DNA of 64,000 nt from Clostridiaceae bacterium (lineage in GTDB: Bacteria; Bacillota; Clostridia; Oscillospirales; Acutalibacteraceae), in NCBI GenBank assembly GCA_016285645.1, contig JAEERC010000044.1, positions 35,040 to 99,039 on the forward strand, in the 5' to 3' direction. Positions 58,941 through 64,000 of the stretch are shown piece after piece. A program made the translations under genes and the position numbers. The notes below the pieces were generated by a model that made no database searches, was not told the origin of the DNA, and saw only the letters and a program-made list of their open reading frames with translations. The first letter of the stretch is position 1; every line of letters begins with the position of its first letter.

Positions 58941-60359
58941 ATGAAGCGTAACGACAACATTGAATACGCGGCGGGTATTGTTCCTTCCGAAAGGCAGCTT
59001 GCCTGGCAGGATCTTGAATTTTACGCCTTTATCCATTTCGGAATGAACACCTTCACCGATGTTGAGTGGGGCTCGGGCAACGAGGACCCCGAACTGTTCA
59101 ACCCGAAAAATCTCGACGCCCGCCAGTGGGCGCGGCTTATCAAGCTTTCGGGCATGAGGGCGATGATTCTCACCTGCAAGCACCACGACGGCTTCTGCCT
59201 CTGGCCCTCGGCATATACCGACCACAGCGTAAAATACAGCCCGTGGAAGGACGGCAAGGGCGATGTTGTCAGGGAATGCGCGGACGCTTGCCGCGAATAC
59301 GGCTTAAAGTTCGGCGTTTATCTCTCCCCGTGGGACAGGCACGATTCCCGCTACGGCGAGGGAGAGGCGTACAACAGATATTACAAGAACCAGTTGAAGG
59401 AACTGCTTACAAACTACGGCGACATATTCTGCGTATGGCTTGACGGCGCCTGCGGCGAGGGAAAGAACGGCAGAAAACAGGATTACGACTGGGAGGGCTA
59501 CTACGCCGTTGTGCGCGAGCTTCAGCCCGGCGCCTGCATCTGCGTTACCGGCCCCGATGTGCGCTGGGTGGGCAACGAAGCCGGTGTATGCCGCTCAAGC
59601 GAATGGAGCGTTGTGCCCTACTGGCACAGTCTGCAGGCAACTGTTGAGGCGCAGTCACAGAAGGATGTTTCCAAGCCGCCGAGAAAGTTCTCGCCCCAGG
59701 ATGTCGATCTCGGAAGCAGAAAGGCGATAAAGGGCTGCAACAAGCTTATATGGTACCCCGCCGAGGTCAACACCTCGCTGAGAAAGGGCTGGTTTTACCA
59801 CGAGAGCGAGGACTACTCCTTAAAGCCGCTGAGAAAGCTTATGGATATCTATTACAACTCCGTCGGCGCGAACGGCTCCTTCCTTCTCAATCTCTCGCCC
59901 AACAAGGAGGGTAAAATCGCCGAGAAGGATGTTGAGACAATGATTTCCATGGGCGCGCAGCTCGAAATCGATTTCAACGAAAACCTCGCCGAGGATTCGG
60001 TAATAACCGACAACCGCCACCTTGACGACAGCCACACCGGGCAGGCGGCGCTCTCGTACAACCCGGAGGAATACTGGCATTCGGGCGAAAATCCCGACGG
60101 CTCCGAGCTTATTCTCGACCTCGGCGACGAGTATGATATAAACAAAATAGTACTGGCCGAGCACATACGCACCGGCCAGCAGATTGAAGAGTTCACTGTT
60201 TACATTAAAATAAAGGATAAATGGAAAAAGGTTTCCGAGGGTACCGTAATCGGTCACAAACGAATTTGCAGATTCGATGAGGAAAGAATAAGATATATCA
60301 AAGTCGTTATTGAAAAGGCGCGCTGCTTTGCCACCATTTCAAAATTTGAGGCGTATTGA
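58941..60359 (+). CDS. Alpha-L-fucosidase, GH29, with C-terminal F5/8-like domain
   Basis: FIHFGMNTF, LTCKHHDGFCLWPS, YLSPWDRH, WLDGA, WFYH, NSVGANGSFLLN. Confidence 0.93.
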   Translation: MKRNDNIEYAAGIVPSERQLAWQDLEFYAFIHFGMNTFTDVEWGSGNEDPELFNPKNLDARQWARLIKLSGMRAMILTCKHHDGFCLWPSAYTDHSVKYSPWKDGKGDVVRECADACREYGLKFGVYLSPWDRHDSRYGEGEAYNRYYKNQLKELLTNYGDIFCVWLDGACGEGKNGRKQDYDWEGYYAVVRELQPGACICVTGPDVRWVGNEAGVCRSSEWSVVPYWHSLQATVEAQSQKDVSKPPRKFSPQDVDLGSRKAIKGCNKLIWYPAEVNTSLRKGWFYHESEDYSLKPLRKLMDIYYNSVGANGSFLLNLSPNKEGKIAEKDVETMISMGAQLEIDFNENLAEDSVITDNRHLDDSHTGQAALSYNPEEYWHSGENPDGSELILDLGDEYDINKIVLAEHIRTGQQIEEFTVYIKIKDKWKKVSEGTVIGHKRICRFDEERIRYIKVVIEKARCFATISKFEAY

Positions 60360-60698
60360 TTATTCCCAGGTTTTCCACACATCGGGGCAGTAACCTACGG
60401 TTGCCTGCTTACCGTTGCGAACAATCGGAGTTCTGAAAAGCTCGCCGTTTTCGAGCAGTTTTTCCTCCGCCGCCTCTTTGGTTATATACTTCATATATTC
60501 GCGCTCGTACGCCTTCGATTTTTCATTGACGAGCGCCTCCATAGAGCCGACCGCCGCCTTTACGGAATTGTATTCGCCTTTGCTCAGACTTTTCTGACTC
60601 AGGTCAATATACTGGAATTTTATTGAGCGCTCTTTAAACCATCTCTGCGCCTTTTTGGTGTCAAAACATTTTGACAGCCCGAAAATCTGAATGTTCAT
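60360..60698 (-). CDS. ArsC/Spx-like thioredoxin-fold protein
   Basis: IFG..KCFDTKKA.RWFKER.I, LFRTPIVRNG.QATVG. Confidence 0.88.
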   Translation of the reverse strand: MNIQIFGLSKCFDTKKAQRWFKERSIKFQYIDLSQKSLSKGEYNSVKAAVGSMEALVNEKSKAYEREYMKYITKEAAEEKLLENGELFRTPIVRNGKQATVGYCPDVWKTWE

Positions 60699-60726
60699 AC
60701 TGCCCTCCCGGAGGTTTATTTACTGT

Positions 60727-61947
60727 ATGATAATCAATATTCCGAAAGATGTCAATAGAATAATAACCTCATTGCGGCAATCGGGCGCGAAGGCTTACGC
60801 CGTGGGCGGAGCGGTAAGGGACAGCATTCTGGGAAGAAAGATAAACGACTGGGATGTTACGACGGATTTCACGGCTGATAAGGTAAAAGAGATTTTTTCG
60901 GATTACAGAACGGTTGACACCGGAATAAAGCACGGCACGGTAACGGTAATAATCGACAGAGAGCCCGTTGAGGTTACAACCTTCAGGATAGACGGCGGTT
61001 ACTCAGACAACAGGCATCCCGACACCGTCACCTTCACGCCGCGCCTTGAGGACGACCTTGAGCGCAGGGATTTCACGGTAAACGCCCTTGCGTATAACGA
61101 CAGCGAAGGTCTTATCGACCTGCACGGCGGGCTTGAGGATCTGAAAAACGGGATAATACGCTGTATAGGCGACCCCGACAGACGCTTCAATGAGGACGGG
61201 CTGAGGATTTTACGCGCTCTGAGATTCGCTTCTCAGCTGGGTTTTGTAATTGAGGAAAACACCGCGAAAAGCATTGTGAAAAACTTCGCTCTGCTCGGCA
61301 ACATTTCAGCCGAGAGAATAAGCAAAGAGCTTTTCGGCCTGCTCGGCTCGCAGGGAGCGGCAAAAACAATAAAGGAATTCCCGCAGGTGTTTTCGGGTAT
61401 TCTTCCCGAACTTGCCCCCGCGTTTGAAAACAGCATTGACACAGCGGTTCAGTCGCTTCAGAAATGTGACAACATCGCCGAACACAGATTGGCGGCTCTT
61501 ATAGTAATCGCGGGCAGAACAGGCGATGAAACGCTTACGGGATTAAAACTTTCAAACGCCGCGCGCAACAGAATAAAAACGCTTGTTGAGTGCGCCGGAA
61601 TACGGCTTGACACCCTCAATGAAACGGCTTTTCTCAAAAAACTCGGCTCGCTCGGGAAAGACGCCTCGCTTGACGCTCTTTCATTTCTCACCTCCCTTTA
61701 CGGCACGGACAGAAGCGTTATTGAAAAGGCGGAAAAGGTATTTGAAAGCGGAAAATGCATAACCGTAAATCAGCTCGCCGTGAGCGGAAAAGACATAACC
61801 GCGTTTACGGGAGTTACGGGCAAGGCGGTGGGAGATACCCTGAACGCCCTGCTCGATATGGTTATTGAAAATAAAACACAAAACGAAAAGACCGCGCTTT
61901 TGAACGCGGCTCAAACACTTGATATAAGGAGAAACGGCAATGACTGA
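60727..61947 (+). CDS. cca: CCA-adding tRNA nucleotidyltransferase
   Basis: VGGAVRD, DWDVTT, EVTTFR, DLERRDFTVNA, RF.EDGLRILRA.RF, SAERI. Confidence 0.92.
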   Translation: MIINIPKDVNRIITSLRQSGAKAYAVGGAVRDSILGRKINDWDVTTDFTADKVKEIFSDYRTVDTGIKHGTVTVIIDREPVEVTTFRIDGGYSDNRHPDTVTFTPRLEDDLERRDFTVNALAYNDSEGLIDLHGGLEDLKNGIIRCIGDPDRRFNEDGLRILRALRFASQLGFVIEENTAKSIVKNFALLGNISAERISKELFGLLGSQGAAKTIKEFPQVFSGILPELAPAFENSIDTAVQSLQKCDNIAEHRLAALIVIAGRTGDETLTGLKLSNAARNRIKTLVECAGIRLDTLNETAFLKKLGSLGKDASLDALSFLTSLYGTDRSVIEKAEKVFESGKCITVNQLAVSGKDITAFTGVTGKAVGDTLNALLDMVIENKTQNEKTALLNAAQTLDIRRNGND

Positions 61948-62989
61948 AACCGTAAAAATCGCCGACGCGCAGGAGTTTGACGCCTTTGTAGCGTCCTGCC
62001 CCAAGGGTCATATGATGCAGGCGAGCGCCTGGGGAAAGGTTAAGAACAACTGGGACTGGACCGGTGTGATTTCAAGGGACGAAAGCGGAAATATCAAGGG
62101 CGTGTGCGCCGTGCTTTCAAGAAAGATGCCGATGATGCCCTGGAAAATGATGTATGCCCCGAGAGGCCCCGTATGCGACCTGTCGGACAGTGAGACGGTC
62201 ACCGAACTGCTCGAAGCCGTAAAGGAATACGGGCTTAAAAACAAGGCGTACGCCGTCACCATCGACACCGACGCCCTTATAACCGACACGGGTTACATCG
62301 ACCTTCTCAAAAGTCTCGGCTATAAATTCAAGGACAATTCCGTCGATTTCAACACCATTCAATCAAGATATATCTTCCGTATGGATCTGCGCGGCAAAAA
62401 CGAGGATGAAGCGATGATGATGATTCATTCCAAGGCGCGCAACTGCGTACGCAAGGCGATTAAAGAGGGCGTTGAAATTGTTGAAAAAGGCCCCGAAGCC
62501 GTTGAGGAATTCCACAGAATAATGCAGATAACCGGCGAGCGCGACAACTTCTCAACAAGAGGTCCCGAATACTTCAGAAGGGTTATGGACGCCTACGGTG
62601 AGAACGCGAGAATGTGCTTTGCCTACTATGACGGCAAGGCAATCGGCTGCACGCTTCACGTGCTTTACGGCGACAAGGTGTGGTGGCTCTACGGCGCGAG
62701 TTCCAACGAGCACAGGGATCTTCAGCCGAACTATCTGCTCCAGTGGGAAGCGATAAAATGGACGCTCTCAAAGGGCGCGGGCTGGTATGATTTAAGGGGC
62801 GGCTACCCGGACGAGAACAACCCGCTTCACGGCATTTTCAAATTCAAAAAGAAGTTCTGCAAGGAATATATGGAGTTTATGGGCGAGGCGGATCTGATAA
62901 TCAGCAAGCCCGGCTTCGCCGCCGTGACCGCCGCGCAGAAGTTCCTCAAAAAGACAAAGAAAATAAGGGCGAAAATCAGCAACAGATAA
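61940..62989 (+). CDS. FemABX/MurM family peptidoglycan peptidyltransferase
   Basis: Q...WGKVK..W, YAPRGPV, YGASSNEHR...PNYLLQWE.IKW, YDLRG, GIFKFKKKF. Confidence 0.9.
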   Translation: MTETVKIADAQEFDAFVASCPKGHMMQASAWGKVKNNWDWTGVISRDESGNIKGVCAVLSRKMPMMPWKMMYAPRGPVCDLSDSETVTELLEAVKEYGLKNKAYAVTIDTDALITDTGYIDLLKSLGYKFKDNSVDFNTIQSRYIFRMDLRGKNEDEAMMMIHSKARNCVRKAIKEGVEIVEKGPEAVEEFHRIMQITGERDNFSTRGPEYFRRVMDAYGENARMCFAYYDGKAIGCTLHVLYGDKVWWLYGASSNEHRDLQPNYLLQWEAIKWTLSKGAGWYDLRGGYPDENNPLHGIFKFKKKFCKEYMEFMGEADLIISKPGFAAVTAAQKFLKKTKKIRAKISNR

Positions 62990-63034
62990 AAAATATCCAC
63001 CGGTTTTTCCGGTGGATTTTTTCTTTTATATCGG

Positions 63035-63787
63035 TTATATTTCCACATCCGCGTAAACGGCGTAGTGGTCGGAATAATATCTGCCGTATTCCTTTTTGTT
63101 TATGACTTTGAATTTAAGGGGCTTTACGGTGTTTTTGTCGATGAACACAAAGTCGATTATCGAATGAATCTTCGAGGGTCTGAAACCGTGGAAAGTAAAA
63201 CAGTCATCCGTTTCGGGGCTTACCTTGCGCGCGTCAACCATATTGCCCGACACCATTTCAACATAGCAGTCGGTGTCCTGCTCCACATTGAAATCGCCTG
63301 TGCATACTACGGGCAGACCGCCGAAGGAGGCGGCTTTTTCCTTTATCATTTTAACGCCCTCAACTCTCGCGACCGTGCCGACGTGGTCGAGATGGGTGTT
63401 TATGTGAACATACGCCTTGCCCGTCTGTTTGTTGACGAGTTTCGCGTAGGTGCACACACGCACGCAGGCGGAATCCCAGCCCTTTGAGGGCACATCGGGA
63501 GTTTCCGAAATCCAGAAATTTCCACTCTCCGCAACATCATATAAATCTTTTTTATAGAATACGGCGGCGTATTCGCCCTCTGTTTTGCCGTCATCCCTGC
63601 CAACACCCACATAGCCGTATTCGGGAAGGTTTTCGGTAAGCTCCTTCATCCAGTGCTTGTGCGCCTCCTGAACGCCGAAGGAATCGGGCGAGGCGTCCTT
63701 TATGACCTTCACAACGCCCTTTACGCGCTTTAACCAGAAATGGGAGGGACTGCCGTAGCATAAAACGTTGAACGATAAAACTCTCAT
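63035..63787 (-). CDS. Endonuclease/exonuclease/phosphatase (EEP) family protein
   Basis: LSFNV, GVQE, NTHLDH, TGDFN, IDFVF, SDHYAV. Confidence 0.9.
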   Translation of the reverse strand: MRVLSFNVLCYGSPSHFWLKRVKGVVKVIKDASPDSFGVQEAHKHWMKELTENLPEYGYVGVGRDDGKTEGEYAAVFYKKDLYDVAESGNFWISETPDVPSKGWDSACVRVCTYAKLVNKQTGKAYVHINTHLDHVGTVARVEGVKMIKEKAASFGGLPVVCTGDFNVEQDTDCYVEMVSGNMVDARKVSPETDDCFTFHGFRPSKIHSIIDFVFIDKNTVKPLKFKVINKKEYGRYYSDHYAVYADVEI

Positions 63788-63808
63788 ATTTTTATTCCTT
63801 TCAGAATA

Positions 63809-64000
63809 TTATTTAACAAATGTTTCGGCGACTTCCCTCGCCTGCGATTTTGTCATACCGGGCTTTATTCCCGGGTTATAGAGCACCGAGACAACGCCCC
63901 AGTCGAGTTTTGAGGGCCAGGTCACGCTGTCGGATGTCTGATAAAAAACGCTGTTTTTATACCAATCCGAATCGTTCGGTATTCCCATCGCCTGCAGAAA
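63809..64000 (-). CDS. C-terminal end of a hypothetical protein (5'-truncated), possibly DUF2927-like
   Basis: Read manually: ...FLQAMGIPNDSDWYKNSVFYQ...LDWGVVSVLYNPGIKPGMTKSQA...K-stop. Confidence 0.55.
   Translation of the reverse strand, partial: FLQAMGIPNDSDWYKNSVFYQTSDSVTWPSKLDWGVVSVLYNPGIKPGMTKSQAREVAETFVK

Noticed and set aside
4164-63612. Numerous long antisense or alternate-frame ORFs overlapping housekeeping genes (e.g. 14029-14781, 39933-40856, 56896-57777)
   Set aside because: They have no recognisable motifs or SDs and are typical shadow ORFs caused by codon bias of the sense genes.

Overview
Chromosomal window from a low-GC Gram-positive bacterium, most likely Clostridia (Oscillospirales/Ruminococcaceae-like; inferred from gene content, sigma-A promoters and SD sites). 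It is mostly housekeeping: 5 tRNA genes, a 6S RNA, a purine operon (purE-purF-purM-purN-IMP cyclohydrolase-AICAR transformylase-purD-purL-guaB), tsaE-tsaB-rpiB-upp, a heavy-metal ATPase/ArsR locus, putP, thyA-folA-sirtuin, queA-tgt-yajC, asd-dapA-dapB, ABC exporters, several glycosidases and lipid hydrolases, cca and a FemABX ligase. No CRISPR array, integrase, transposase or rRNA is visible. The most unusual content is non-coding. (1) Five mosaic palindromic-repeat (REP-like) clusters share shuffled modules. One is bracketed by a 26-bp duplication of a transcription terminator, and two are circular permutations of the same ~320-340 bp unit, suggesting a non-autonomous mobile DNA system. (2) tRNA-Leu has a 3'-end duplication followed by a symmetric 4+4 GCGATAT/ATATCG hairpin array. 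(3) purL and an FtsW/RodA gene apparently start at ACG and CTG. Coding oddities include PurF lacking its Cys1 nucleophile, a DUF5685 / HPD-less J-domain-TPR-Cys-rich / membrane-protein operon, and an orphan mobile-element replication initiator with an iteron-like internal origin.
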